Positions 22,401-38,136 are shown, numbered from the stretch's first letter. The stretch: 64,000 nt of DNA from Macrostomum lignano (GCA_002269645.1 NIVC01000952.1:276967-340966); one strand, 5' to 3'. Notes: generated by a model from the letters alone, not told the origin. Program-made: numbers and translations.

Positions 22401-22789
22401 TGCAATCTTTCTAATTATTCTCACTGCCCTTTTTCGAATTAAAATTGAGGCACCAGTAAAATCAACAAGTAAACTTTTTATAGCTTGTACAGTACGATAT
22501 TTTGCGATTCACAGAGCAGCGAGCTCACTATCCGCGAGCAGTTCACTCAAATATCCTTCAATATACCTCAAAAGGTAACAAACAAGGCGATAAAGCCATT
22601 TTGTCATTTTTTTCACAGAAAAATTGCTCATGAAGTTTTGCATCGTCCAATCAGCTCCATCGTGGTAGGACGTTAGTTGAAAAAGTAGCTGAAGCCTGCA
22701 GATAAACGAATACAGGTAAAATAAACCGATTAAATAAGCATACAGCAGGGGAGACACAAGGAGAATGAAGTAGACAAGTTAGAGAGAAG

Positions 22790-23285
22790 GGTTAGACAGG
22801 AGGGTAGAGAGGAGGGTAGAGAGGAGGGTAGAGAGGAGGGTAGAGAGGAGGGTAGAGAGGAGGGTAGAGAGGAGGGTAGAGAAGAGGGTAGACAGGAGGG
22901 TAGAGAGGAGGTTGGGTAGAGAGGAGGGTAGAGAGGAGGGTAGAGAGGAGGGTAGAGAGGAGGGTAGAGGAGGCTAGAGAGGAGGGTAGAGAGGAGGGTA
23001 GAGAGGAGGGTAGAGAGGAGGGTAGAGAGGAGGGTAGAGAGGTGGTTGGGTAGAGAGGAGGGTAGAGAGGTGGTTGGGTAGAGAGGAGGGTAGAGAGGAG
23101 GGTAGAGAGGAGGTTGGGTAGAGAGGAGGGTAGAGAGGAGGTTGGGTAGAGAGGAGGGTAGAGAGGAGGGTAGAGAGGAGGGTAGAGAGGAGGGTAGAGA
23201 GGAGGGTAGAGAGGAGGGTAGAGAGGAGGGTAGAGAGGAGGGTAGAGAGGAGGGTAGAGAGGAGGGTAGACAGGAGGGTAGAGGA
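22790..23285. repeat. 12-bp purine minisatellite (GAGGAGGGTAGA)n, ~40 copies
   Basis: Direct reading. It lies just 3' of the zinc-finger stop codon. Confidence 0.93.
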
Positions 23286-23356
23286 TGTTGTTGGTCACTA
23301 GCCAGACCAGTCTGGTGATGCTGCAGGCCAGCTGCGGCCCCCCAAGTCCGGCAGAG

Positions 23357-25694
<2,338 letters not shown>

Positions 25695-28600
25695 TCAATT
25701 TTTTCTATAGCGGATTCGCGAGACCCACAGAAGCCAACTTTGCCAGCCAATGAAAACCAAGCTAAATTGGTAGATGGTACCTTGGTAGATGGACGACCGT
25801 GAATGGAGGGCTGAATCTGAGGCGGTGGTGCGATGCTTCTTTCAGCTTTGAAGACAATTCACCAGGTTTCTTAAGTCGAGTGGCTCAGAAATTATTTCTG
25901 GAATGGTCGAGTCTGTAAAACGTAGACAAGGTTCTTTCCGATCAAGGTTATGTTGAGAGTGTAAGAGCGTTCAAGGTGTCAAAGTTTCAACCGTTTGTAT
26001 CTGCAACAACTGGAAGTCTGACTGGCGGACTTCTTGTCAATTGTCATATCCAATTGCATATAATTATTTTATGAAGACCTGAAATCTTAGAAGCCAAGAT
26101 TTCTTCTAAACTGTTAAATTTCGATTTCAGTTTAGCGTGACCCGCAGGCAGCGACTGTCAATCAACCCCCGGGACCAGATCCCAAATACCGGAAGCTGGC
26201 CGGAAGTCACAGTTGGGTGACAAAACCGCTTGTCCGGCAAGTTTCATATTGGCTGCTTAAGAAGCCGATCGAACGGGCAGTCTGCAATTTAGTGCGAAAT
26301 TTCCGGCAGCCCTAGCGGGCTGTCACGCGATCCAGCACCGTCGACACGGTGGACAAGCCCTGCATGGTCAGCTCTGCAATGCCCACTTGAGCCTCACATT
26401 GCTGGTGCGACACTTTCGTCACTTAAATCACTCAACCGCGTTGAGGAAAGCATCTCAACAACAATGAAGTCTATAGTGCTGCTACTTTTCTTACCAAAAC
26501 CATGCATGCTGTGTGCGTCTTGTAATCGCATTTTCACTGATGGGCCCTGCATGGTAACGCCCAGGTCGAGATAATAAATTGTTGCGCTCATAGAAATTGC
26601 ACTTCTTAGAAAACTAAATGAAACAGGTAACCAAGCTTGAGAAATGACAGAAGCTCAACTTTTGACACCAACTTGGGGCGGCAACAAAACACGATCCAGT
26701 TTGCAGCCCCATTTAATAAAAACTCCTGCGTACGCCACTGGTGGGTGACCGCTCAAATGTGTGTCACCAGTTCATGAGAACGGCTGAGATAAAAACTCCT
26801 GTTTCTGGACTCGACGGTTACTAATTGCATGTTTACCTTTCCTTACACCCGCACTGCATATTTCCGCAATTTAGAACCTTGGAAAGTATGCATAGCAACA
26901 TGCAAAATTAAATATTAGAAACACTTTCACTAATAATCACTGCTTGCACCTCCCAGGAATTCAGCTGTCTTCACAAGCGGGCCATGCCTTCACTCATATC
27001 ATTCAAGGGGTAACCAGAACCGGTCTATGACTTCCGGTAAATTTGACTGCCAGTCATCTGACTTCCGGCAATTTGACTGCCAGCCATCTGACTTCCGGCA
27101 ATTTGACTTCGGCAATGCAACTTTACTGCAAGCCATTGGACCAATTGTCGTGTGTAATGTGAGAATCTTACGTAAATTACCTTTAATTGTCATCAGTTAT
27201 TAATTACATTGTTTTCGTTCTATTTTTAGTCAGGTTTTTCAAAGTGCTATTAGTTAGAGTTTATTATTATTGCGAAACAGTTCAATACAACTAGATGCAT
27301 TTCCAAACCAGTGTGACTCAGCGGAGGGTCGACAACCTGGCTATGTACCCCGGCTTTGCGCAGCCAGCCAATCAGAACGCGGCAAATCAACTCTACCCGG
27401 CCTGAGAGCGCGCCGCGGGTTCAGTGCAATTTGGATTATCGAGCGGCCAGCCAGACCCCACCACCCGGCTTGAGGGGGGGGGTTGGGGGGTTGAGTGACT
27501 ATATATAAAAGTATGTTTTTGGCGGTCGGATCTCATCTTTTCTGGCTCCTCTGGTTCCGCCCATCTCCCGGCATCTGCCGCGCTTTGAGGCGCCTTTATC
27601 GAGCCGAGTCCGGCCCATTATTTTGTTCCCGCTGCCCGCTGCCCGACACCGCAATAGCCTTGCCGGCGTAACATTCGCGACAACCTTGTTCAGAGTTTGT
27701 CGCCGGCAAGCGCAGTCTATAGATAGGAACTGTCGGTTGGACACAGTACGCGACCTCGATTCCGAGGGCTCCAGTGTCTCACGGAAAGGCATATCTGGTA
27801 GGATTCAGCCAGGGATTCGCTGAACTGTCGAGCCGTCAGTGTCCTCGTCTGAGAGTAGGCTTTGGGATTGGGCCAGTGGTGTCTAAGGAGCTTTTCCGTT
27901 AGTCTTGTTTTCCGGTTTCATTCTTTACGCCTTCTTCTAGAGCTGAGATCTGCTCACTATATTTATATTATATTATTATTATTCTAGTATTAAATTGAAT
28001 TGATTAAATTATAAAAGAATTCAAGTCTCGATTAATCAGCATCATTATTAAAATTATGATCACCACTCAATCTAAATCTATCTGGAATTGTTTTCAACAG
28101 TGTTATTCATTTTCTTGTAAATAGGACTGATAGTTTTAAAATCTCTAATCGCTCCAGTAGGTCTGTCTGGGGCCTAAACTAGCTATTTGCCGTATATATC
28201 AAATATTACACGTGCTCACTCGGCCTCTTCAATTCTCTAGCTGATTCTCACTACTCATTCGCAGAAACCTTCAGCGCATCGACACTGAAGAATGAAAATA
28301 AAAAAATTGAGAATTCCACATATACAGCAAAAATATATGAAACTGTTCAAAGCATTGCAGCTCTGATCCTGCACGAACAAATTTATTTGACAAAAAGCAC
28401 AGCATCAGCAATCCAGCTTACGAAATTGATTTCATAGGGAGACAAATGCAACGCAACGCCATAAACTGCACGCGAACCTTCAGCTTGGTTATGAATTAAT
28501 AACCAATGCCATATCTTACACACGGCTTACAGCTTCAACTGTGAAAGCTCAGCTGAGCAAATGAAATTCGTAGGAAAGAAACGACCGTAATAAATTTAAA

Positions 28601-28721
28601 CCCGACGTGGAAACACATTAAAAAGTTTCTTTTATACTATGGTCAATATGCTACTCGATGAATTGATATTTTCATAATTTTGTGTACACCAAATCTTGCT
28701 ACACTTAGTAGATCGGCTATT

Positions 28722-29282
28722 TGACACTCGTTAGCTAAGATTTGACACTCGATAGCTAAGAATTGACACTCGTTAGCTAAGATTTGACACTCGATAGCTA
28801 AGAATTGACACTCGTTAGCTAAGATTTGACACTCGATAGCTAAGAATTGACACTCGTTAGCTAAGATTTGACACTCGATAGCTAAGAATTGACACTCGTT
28901 AGCTAAGATTTGACACTCGATAGCTAAGAATTGACACTCGTTAAGCCAAGATTTGACACTCGATAGCTAAGATTTGACACTCGTTAGCTAAGATTGGACA
29001 CTCGTTAGCCAAGATTTGACACTCGTTAGCTAAGATTTGACACTCATTAGCCAAGATTTGACACTCGTCAGCAAGATTAGACACTCGTTAGCCAAGAGTT
29101 GACACTCGTCAGCCAAAATTTGACACTCATTAGCCAAGATTTGACACTCGTCAGCAAGATTAGACACTCGTTAGCCAAGAGTTGACACTCGTCAGCCAAG
29201 AGTTGACACTCGTTAGCCAGGAGTTGACACTCGTTAGCCAAGAGTTGACACTCGTTAAGGCATGATTAGACACTCGTTAAGC
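28722..29282. repeat. 21-bp minisatellite (~26 copies) immediately 3' of LSM10
   Basis: GACACTCG(T/A)TAGCTAAGA(T/A)TT, with alternating variants at the left end that degenerate rightwards. Confidence 0.93.
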
Positions 29283-29291
29283 CAAGAAGAA

Positions 29292-29921
29292 TCACCGATC
29301 CGCTTGAGCCGGGCCTGACTCATCCGCCTCATGCTCTGCGGTCTCAGCCTCCCGCCTAAAGTTCTCCTTATCCTCGCGCTCCCCATCAGCTTTGACCGCG
29401 GCGGCGGCGGCGGCTGCGAACTCAGCGAAGTGCTGACCGTCGGTGGCAGACCGCAGCTTCCTACGCAGAGCCTCCCGCTGGCCGAAGGTCATGCGGCTCA
29501 GCAGCCGCTGATCGGCAGCCGCGGCAGCCAGCTCGGCAGCGCCGGCCTCGGCCAGCAGTCGGTCAATGTCCGGCTTGGCCTCCCGGCGCCGCCCGGGCTG
29601 GCCGGACACTGCCGATGACTCCGCCGCTTGTTGGACTGCGGCAGCCGTGTCGAAGGACTCCGGCAGGCGGATGAGGCGCACGCGGCTGCCGCGCACCCTG
29701 ACCAGCCCGAGAGGCTGCGCCTGCGAAGGCCGGGCATCCTCGGGCTGCGCCACCGCCTCGGCCAGCAGCACGCCCAAGGAGGAGTCGAACTCTTCCAGCC
29801 GGCCCTGGACACGGCCGCCGCCGAGCAGGTCAACGCGAAGCTGCTGACCAACGAGGGGAGGCAGCAGGCAGGCCAAGCCGCTGGTCTGGCGGAGCTGCTC
29901 ACGGCGCAGGCTGTGCTGCAT
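29292..29921 (-). CDS. LSM10: U7 snRNP-specific Sm-like protein LSm10 with C-terminal extension, ~209 aa
   Basis: MQHSLRREQLRQTSGLACLLPPLVGQQLRVDLLGGGRVQGRLEEFDSSLGVLLAEA...VRVRGSRVRLIRLPESFDTAAAVQQ. This matches, from memory, the Sm1/Sm2 pattern and N-terminus of LSm10 (HSVKER..SENSLIILLQGLQG..TTVDLRD...GRIDNVD..MNIRL...LFVTGRNVRYVHIP). The stop TGA overlaps a possible donor (CG|GTGATT), so the 3' end is uncertain. Confidence 0.75.
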   Translation of the reverse strand: MQHSLRREQLRQTSGLACLLPPLVGQQLRVDLLGGGRVQGRLEEFDSSLGVLLAEAVAQPEDARPSQAQPLGLVRVRGSRVRLIRLPESFDTAAAVQQAAESSAVSGQPGRRREAKPDIDRLLAEAGAAELAAAAADQRLLSRMTFGQREALRRKLRSATDGQHFAEFAAAAAAAVKADGEREDKENFRREAETAEHEADESGPAQADR

Positions 29922-32900
29922 GGCAAGTGATGGAGGGTAGGCCTTTGAAGTGTATACACCTGTATATAGGGTAAATGAATATTGGGGAGCAACTATGGGA
30001 ATAATGGCCAAATTACTGCTATTAAGCCTTGGTGAAATATGCATTAATGACATAACTCACATAATAAACTGTGGATAATGATAGTATAATACATATAATA
30101 AAACATGCTGTACCATGTTTAAATATACTGTAGAGTGTTCTACCTCCCGTAAAAAGACATAAAAAGTGTTAAGGTACTACTCACACATTTTATTCAGTAG
30201 TATACTAAGTAGCATGCTTAGTAGCATTTAAATCAACCAATAGGAAGAGAGAAATCTCGAGCATGCTAATTTTAGAAATCACCGATCACGTGTAACCTGC
30301 ACTTGTCAGCTCAAACCCTAGTTGCGATACATCATTCAGTCTGCATTCAGATGAACCAATCAAAGATATCTAAAAATAACTCAAATGCAGTAACCAATCA
30401 TGCGCTTTTACACTAAACAAATGGAGTAACTTTCTAACCTGCCATGTTTGACAGCAACCAATCTGTGACCCTTTGACAGTTAAGAGCATGAACTCAATGA
30501 CCTCATGCGGGGTCTGGTTGCCTATAAATACAAGTGGTCCAGAGTGGACTGGAGCTCAAGATTTTTGCCTTCCAGAAGGAAGAAGAGCTCCAAGAGGAAG
30601 CCTTGCGCTCTTGCAGTAAGCCTTACTTATTTGCACCAGGTGTTTAAGTCTATTGAGACTCTCGAGTCTATTGAGACTCCATTGATTGTAGTCTCCAGAA
30701 GGACTACCCTGATAGACTATCAGTGAATACCAGAGCTATACCTAGGATGCATTAAGACACTACTAGAAGGAGAAGGCTTATTTGAAACCGAATTAAGGCG
30801 CAGGGATTCCCATCAATAACACAAAGCTTCTGATTGGTCCAAATGACAGCTACTGGCTGGAAACGACTTCAGTGGAAGTAAAAGAACGGGGACCTAGTTT
30901 ACAAAACATAGACGTCTAATGAGTCAAGAAGTCCTTCATTTGATAACTGGGTTGCCTAGCAAAGTAGCTAGAAGTGATTGTTCCTTGATTACTAAGAAAG
31001 TCTTGGTAGTAAGTATAGCAAGCAACTCTAGCTGGTTGTTGCGAGTGTTAGTTAGCCACTCAAAAAGGTGGAGAAATAGAATGTGGCTGTGCCTGTATAT
31101 TTATTGTCTGGTAGAACACAGATTTCCAGTTCATTGAGTGCGTGTTGGGATGTGCTCGAGTAGAGGGAAGTGGATAGGCTGGATGGCAGTCACAGAGTGC
31201 AAACTAGGTGCCCGAACTGCCTGCCTACACATGCTACAGTAAGGAACACATCATGATAATACAATAACCTTGTAGCAAAAAAGGTTAGATATATATATAT
31301 AACTTAATATAAGCATACAATGTTGTTCAAAAAGAATAAACTAGGCCCTAATACAAGATTACTTGTCAAAAATCAAATGATATTAAGTTTATTGAATCAT
31401 ACGCTTTATCTTTTCAATAGTATAAAAAATATAAGTACAATCTAAAATATTTGCAAAAAATGATATTGTAGTAGATTATAATAATAAAGCTTTTTTGATT
31501 GAAGTCATATACTTTTCTGATTTTATATGATTCCAAAATTCAAAAATGTTTTTAAAATTTTCTTATAGATTATCCCAGGCTTAGAGGCAAATCATCTACA
31601 ATTCCAGGATTGACTTCCTTAAATATAAAGGTTACATTTATAAATTAAATATTTAGTGCATAGTGCTTGTTTTCTTTATAATATAACAATTCTATTTTAG
31701 CTGAAATAGTATAAAACTAAAGCCATTTAAACTGGAACTTAATCATAGACCTAGTTAACCATAATGGCATTAAGAAAAAAATTATATGGTGAATGGCGCA
31801 AATGAAAACGGAACAAACTTAGTAACCAGCTAATCAAAATTCAAGCAAAGATAATGGATCTTTGTATCTTTATATTCTTTCTTTATGACACTACATAGTG
31901 TGAACTAAAAAGTGCAGAAAGTAAAAAATCCAAGTTGATACTGTGAACTAATTAATCAACAACTTTAAACGTGAAGAACTTAAAACTGATCACGTTGATT
32001 AGTGGTTTAAATGGTTGCGAGGAACACAATTATAATAAAAAGCAAAACTAATAAATATCAAATTTATATTTAACTTTGTGCAACACCAAATAATCTTTCT
32101 ATTATAACTTAAAAAATTACTTTGCCACTTTTATTTTGAGTGTAAACAAAAAAACATTTGTTTATCGACATCACGATGATAAAATTTATTTATAAATATA
32201 AAATACTTCGGACGGAAGCGGAAGAGGAAGAGGAAGAGGAAGCGGACTTAAGAACACTAGCTCAGCAGACCCACAACACAAAGAAGAGGAGCCCGCAACA
32301 GTAAGTGATCACTGATTTTGTTCCCAGGCTTAAGTGTCTGGAAGTGGGAGTTTTCGGGTGACTGATCACCACCCGATCAAACTATTCATGGTCATCATAT
32401 TTCATTAGGCCTTTAATTTAACACGTACTTGAAGCCTCAGGGCATCAATTAAATTTTAATACTGTTTATTCAAGGCTAATTTTCGGAAAAGGTGACTTAC
32501 ATGCTACTGCAGGTAGAGCACAAGGCACACATAATCAAGTCCCATTTACGAGTAGTATAATTGCGTCCTTTTAAAAAATTCTAATTCTTTCTTAGCACTC
32601 GTAAATGGTGCCACTTGGAACGGTGTGATCAATCAAGAGACCGTCAACACCGATACAGCAATGCGACGTAGGCGACGTTGAGCAACGTTCCGGTTGTCTG
32701 TCGATGTGGATGACAAATATGTAATTTACATACATCGACGGATAGGGACGTCTGAACGGCCGGCCGGACAGCTGAAATCATCTATTGATATAGAAGTTTC
32801 AAGAAGGGAACCAAAATGCTCATCACGATTATTAATAGGGCAAAATGAAGTATTTTCTGAATTCAAAGAGAATTAAGTAATGTTTGTTAATAATTTATTA

Positions 32901-33225
32901 TAATGTGAAAAAAATGGTGGAATTGTGTTGAAATGTCGCAGAACCAATAGAATACATGTAAGCTTACTCGTGCATGCTCGGATACATCAATTTTTATAAC
33001 TTATGATAAAGTGAATCGGTAAATACGCATAAGCATATACATGTACGCTCGTACTTTAATCGCTTGATAACCTTCGAAAATTCTTAAAAATTATACCAGG
33101 AGCGGAGTTCACTTAGTATAACAAATCTATCTTCAATACATAGTAATACATTTAGATAATAGCCATCTACATACCATGCATCCGATCTGTCAGTTTGTTG
33201 TAATCTGTACAAGTAATATATTTGG

Positions 33226-36200
33226 TCACTGTTCTGCCGGGTTGCTCCCTTCGCCATCGCCGTCACTTTTGGGAACGTCACCTGTAGCCTTAGCAGCGCC
33301 ATCGTTTCCCCCAGCAACGTCTGTGTTGTCCTTAGCAACATCAGCGCTACTGGCGGTGCCGGAGCTGGACTCCTCGGAATATTCTGGAAGTTTCTTGTCG
33401 GCGACTGAGTCCATGGGGATTTCCACGGGGACCACCTGGTTACGGCTGCTCTTGACTTTAATCTTGTTGTAGTAGAAGATCACGAACAGTTGCACGAAGC
33501 CGCCCAGAAACACGAGGCCGGCGAACAGGAAGAATTCGTGCGCCTGCTTCGGCAGCTTGGGCGCCGCCGCCACGGCAATGACAATCATGTTGCCGAAGAA
33601 GATGGACACCAGGTAGAAGGTTTGCAGCAGCGACTTCAGGTTGGCCGGGGCCTCCGAGTAGGCGTAGGCAAGGGCGGTCACGGAGAACAGGACCTCCGAG
33701 ATGCACATCAGCAGATACTGCGGCAGCTGCAACGTGATGTGCAACGGGTTGAGCTCCCTGTCCACGATGGTGTGGTAGGTCACCGCGCTGCTGCTGGCAT
33801 TGAATTCGGCATAGATTGTGGCGTACTTGATGGCTGAAGGCAGCGACGACAGGGGCACCTGGAGTTGGTTTTTGGACTGGCTTTGAATACTAAGAAATGC
33901 ACTTAAGGCAAGCACTAAGACAGACAGGACACTGAGACAAACACTGAGAGTCAGAGATACTTGACAGACACTAAAACAAAAATGGCAGTAAAACAAAGAC
34001 TAAGAGAACGCTAATGGCATCAAGACAGACCAGAGGGTAAGACAATTCATCGTTGAGGCCGTTTGCTTTCCGTGAACTATTTTTCGCGAGTCACACGCGC
34101 ATCACTCTACCTGATCCCGATCAAGCAAGTAGTGCAATTCCCAGCTCTCACCGAGTATTTATGCTCGTCTCCAATATACATTGGCACGTCCAGTCTGGAC
34201 GCGATCTCGCAGTAGTCCGTAGCAAACAGCGGATTTACAGTTCCTTCGCCGGACGAGGTCAAATTCGAGTGCGGCAAGCAGCGGCCGGGTTCGGTGCCGA
34301 ACTGCACAGGCGAGCCGGACAGTCTGTGATCGGCGTGCACGAGCCGGAGCCGGGTCTGCGACACGCTGGCCGGAATTGGCAGCGCGGCCGATACGCGACC
34401 CGCGTCGGCCACAATGACGAGGTTGTCGCTGCCGGGCCGCAGGTGCAACCAGACAGTCTGCACGGAGCCGGGCGGGCTGCTGCCGCAGTGGCGAGTCACG
34501 TTCAGGACGGGCCGGTAGTCCCCGCCGCTGTGGTTCCTCAAATGCACTATCCAGGGCGCGTTGTTGAAGCGGTCGAGCGAGCGGGCCGGGATGCGGCGAG
34601 CTTCATCCGGGTGAGCGACATCGATGGGGCACGGGTTGGCATTGAAGATGCGCAGCTGGGCCTGCGGTGCATGAAAGAGTGAAGCGACCTTAGCCATTTA
34701 GTTTATAGCTAGCCCGTATTAAAGACTTTTGGGTGCTGCCTTGAAGTGAAGCTGCAGTCTGCTCTCAGCCGGTGAAGGGGTGATTAAAGCAGGCCACTGT
34801 CACTGACACCATATAGTATGCACATACAGGGTGCATTTGCATGTCAGCAGGAAAGTTGCTTTGCAGGGAGAAAGAATGAGCAGTGATCTAATGACTGGCT
34901 GTGTGATTATGTTAAGAACTTTTTGCATCAAGATGCTCAGAGCAGTTTTAAAGATCAGTTTTTTCTTATTATCGGTGTGGTTGTTTATATCTTTTACCAA
35001 GACTGCAGACTGTAGAGGTCTAGTGCCATCTGAACTTTCTGACCCTGCAGCTCACCTGTCCAGATGGCAGACCCACAGGCACAGTGTTGTCCACCAGCAG
35101 TTCAATAATTCCCGTCAACCCGAAGGCCGAGGCGCAGATCAGGTAGCCCCAAAAGATTCTCGACGTGGCCGATTTCAGCAAGTTGCACTTGGCGAACAAC
35201 GGGTAGACGATGTTGTTGAAGATCGGCACCACCATGACGATCAGCAGCGGATTGACAGACTGCATCTGGTCAGCCGTCAGGGAGAAGGACTCGCTGATGT
35301 AGCCATCCATCCTCTTGCCCTGCAGCACCCAGCGCGAGCCCTGCTGGTCGAACAGGGCCCAGTAGATAGGGAAGGGCAGGAACAGCAGCAGCACCTGCAC
35401 AGCGACGCGAACGTCCTCAATGAAGGCCCGATCCGCTTTCTCTTCTGCAGAAGTACGAGTAGGCGGGTGCAGCGAATTTTAAGTAGGACTTCCATTGCGT
35501 CTGGTTCAATGATTCTGGCCGCTGTTCTACTGCCCCAGTTAAAACTTCACTCAGTCTCGCACCCTGAACCGGCTCACCTTCAGTAGCTTTGCTCTCGTCA
35601 AACGCTTCTTCTTTGCGCCTCCACAGCTTGCCGGAGAAGATCACCTTCATGGCCTTGTTGAGCATGGGGCTCGTCGGCTTCGGGTAAATTTTGTAGGTGC
35701 GGGTGCCCGCCAGGAACAGCACGTAGCAGAGCCCGAAAGCGATGGCAGGCACGCCAAAGCCGAGTGGATAGCAGGAGTCGTCGACGCACTTCACCTGCTC
35801 GCGCAGGATCGGCGTGATCAGCTGGGAGGCGAAGGCGCCGATGTTGATGCACATGTAGAACATGGCGAAGAATCCATCGAGCACTTCTTCGTTCTCCTTG
35901 CCGACCTGATCTCCGCCGAATGCAGCGACGCAGGGCTTGATGCCGCCCGTGCCGATGGCCAGGATCAGCATGGAGATGAGCGGGCCTGGGAATTGGAGGG
36001 TGCGTTTCTGTAGGTTTTGCCCGACTTTGGGACTAAAATGTTCGACGCAGTGTTTCTATTTTGAGCATACGGGACTCCTAGATCCTGCTATGTAATAAAC
36101 GGTAAGGTATAGCTGCTTAAATATGCAATAGATACTTTAATGTTTGGCTATTGAACCAGAATTTCTCACCAGGCACATTCTTGGTCAGGGCGGTGAGGGG

Positions 36201-36542
36201 CATCAGGAGGTGACCAATCAGATAGACGATTCCCAAAATGGCGATCGTCTTGTACTGTCCCCAGAAATTGTCGGCCAGAAATGTGCCGAGAATTGGGGTC
36301 AGGTAGGAGAGCCCAGTGAACAGGTGGTAGAGGATGGTGGTGGTGTCGTCATCGAAGCCGATGTAGTCGTTGAGGTAGTACGTGAGGATGCCCTTCATGC
36401 CATAGAAGGAGAACCGCTCCAGCAGCTCGTGGACCAGGATGATCCAGGCCGCGGCGCTGAAGGCGGCATAGATGAAGCGGGGGCCCTTCTGCTCGCCGTG
36501 CCCAGCCTCCGGGTCAGCCTGTTCTGCGGTCTTGTCTGACAT
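33226..36542 (-). CDS. Proton-coupled oligopeptide transporter (PEPT/SLC15, POT family), 5 exons, ~794 aa
   Basis: Exons 36542-36170, 35985-35578, 35444-35056, 34661-34111 and 33889-33226, GT-AG and phase-consistent (2385 nt). Motifs: ELLERFSFYGMK (ExxERFxYYG), FLADNFWGQYKTI, GTGGIKPCVAAFGGDQ, PIYWALFDQQGSRW, QMQSVNP, QLPQYLLMCISEVLFSVTALAYAYSEAP. The large extracellular domain of animal PEPTs lies in exons 4-5. Confidence 0.92.
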
Positions 36543-36605
36543 GATGGCAGCGCTGCAGGTGCCGAATCGCTGTGCCAGTTCACCCTGCCTCTGGCCCGCA
36601 GTCGC

Positions 36606-36656
36606 TTTTATAAATAGAAATTGCCAGCGGGCTCAGCCGTGGATAAGCGCTATTGG
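36606..36656 (-). promoter_or_regulatory. Candidate core promoter of the PEPT gene (CCAAT + TATA)
   Basis: On the minus strand, CCAAT (36656-36652) and TATAAAA (36612-36606) lie ~64 nt upstream of the ATG, with classical spacing. Confidence 0.55.
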
Positions 36657-37766
36657 CTGGGTGCTGGTCACACAGTGGCGCGTGTCTTCTGTATTGTTTC
36701 TGCGTTGTCACTGGCAACGCCTTCTCGGCGCAAAACCAGAAAGCTTCGCTCCGATTTCGAGCGTAGGGCGAACACTATCGCGAATTTCTGCTCCTTCGAC
36801 AAGAGAAATCAGAGACACAGCCCGACTGGGCTTTGATAAGCAAGAAAAGAAAGTGAAGTTGGAGGCGAAATTGATAAGTGTTTGATAAACTTTATTGAAT
36901 TATTGCCTGCATTTCGTTGACGTGACGCAGTTGGAGTGCGCACTGGAAACCGCTGCAGTAAGCTCGCACAGTTGAAAGCATGTGGATTTTACACTAGCAA
37001 AAAATTAATTTAAGTTGGTCGTTAAACATGATTTTTCACATAAAAAATCTAAAAAGTTTTTGCCCAAATTTTACTGATCCAAAATATTTTAATGGCCCTG
37101 CGCAGTTCCCTGCTCAAACTTAGCCAAACCGAAACCAGGGAGTTTTTCGAGTTTAAAATTGTTTCTGCATCAGCAAAATGACTGAAATTTGTCTGTTAAA
37201 GGTCAAACATTTTAATACAAGAGAATATTTGAGAGTAAACACAGTGAGAATTTCGCATTGACATTTGCGACATTCACTAGCAGTTAATTAGCATAGGAAC
37301 TATGTTATATTCGTGAGTCTCAGTGACTCGTTTTTAAATTTTTAAGGCTGCGAGTATTTCAAGATTTCAGCAAAACAACCAAGTGAGGGCCGGGCGCCAC
37401 GCGATCTGAGGCAAATTGAACTGAAAGATTGTGAGCGCAACGGTTTGGGTAATTCTGCTATCTGGAACGTAAACAGAGTGCGCGCGCGATCATGTGACAC
37501 CCAAGTGAATTTAGGTGGCTCTGATAGTGCACTTGCATGTTGAATTTTTAATGCTTATCGCGAAAGTATCTGCTTTGCCTTGCCAAGTCTAAGATTGATT
37601 GGCCTGTGCACTTTGCCACTAGTGATGTGGAGCTGCGGTTGAAGCAGTTTTAAGCAACAAGACTAGCAAAAGAAGCGCTGTCAGCGAACAGAGGAAAGAA
37701 GGAAGCAGCTGTGGCTCTGCAAAGCAAACGAACTCGGCTTGCATGGACAGCGGGTAACTGGGCGAA

Positions 37767-38011
37767 ATGTCTGACTTGTCTGAGGGCGAATTCGTGGTCC
37801 GGCTTCGCCACGGCGAGGAGCGGCAACACCCGCGGCTGTCGAAGCAGCGGCAGGCGGTGTACATGGAGTCTTTGAAGTCCTGTGCCGACGCTGAACGCCG
37901 GTCAGTGAGCTGAGGCAGCAGACAGACAGACAGACAGACAGACAGACACTAAGACAGACAGACACTAAGACAGACAGACAGACAGACAGACACTAAGACA
38001 GACAGACACTA

Positions 38012-38098
<87 letters not shown>

Positions 38099-38099
38099 A

Positions 38100-38136
<37 letters not shown>

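Noticed and set aside
27840-27865. RNase P RNA (GTCTGAGAGTAGG resembles conserved region I)
   Set aside because: The preceding GGAA and the complementary downstream TCAGAC (CR-V) are absent.
30200-31200. LTR or promoter (multiple CCAAT, CTATAAATA at ~30522)
   Set aside because: No second LTR, PBS/PPT, TSD or downstream ORF could be identified, so it is too weak to call.
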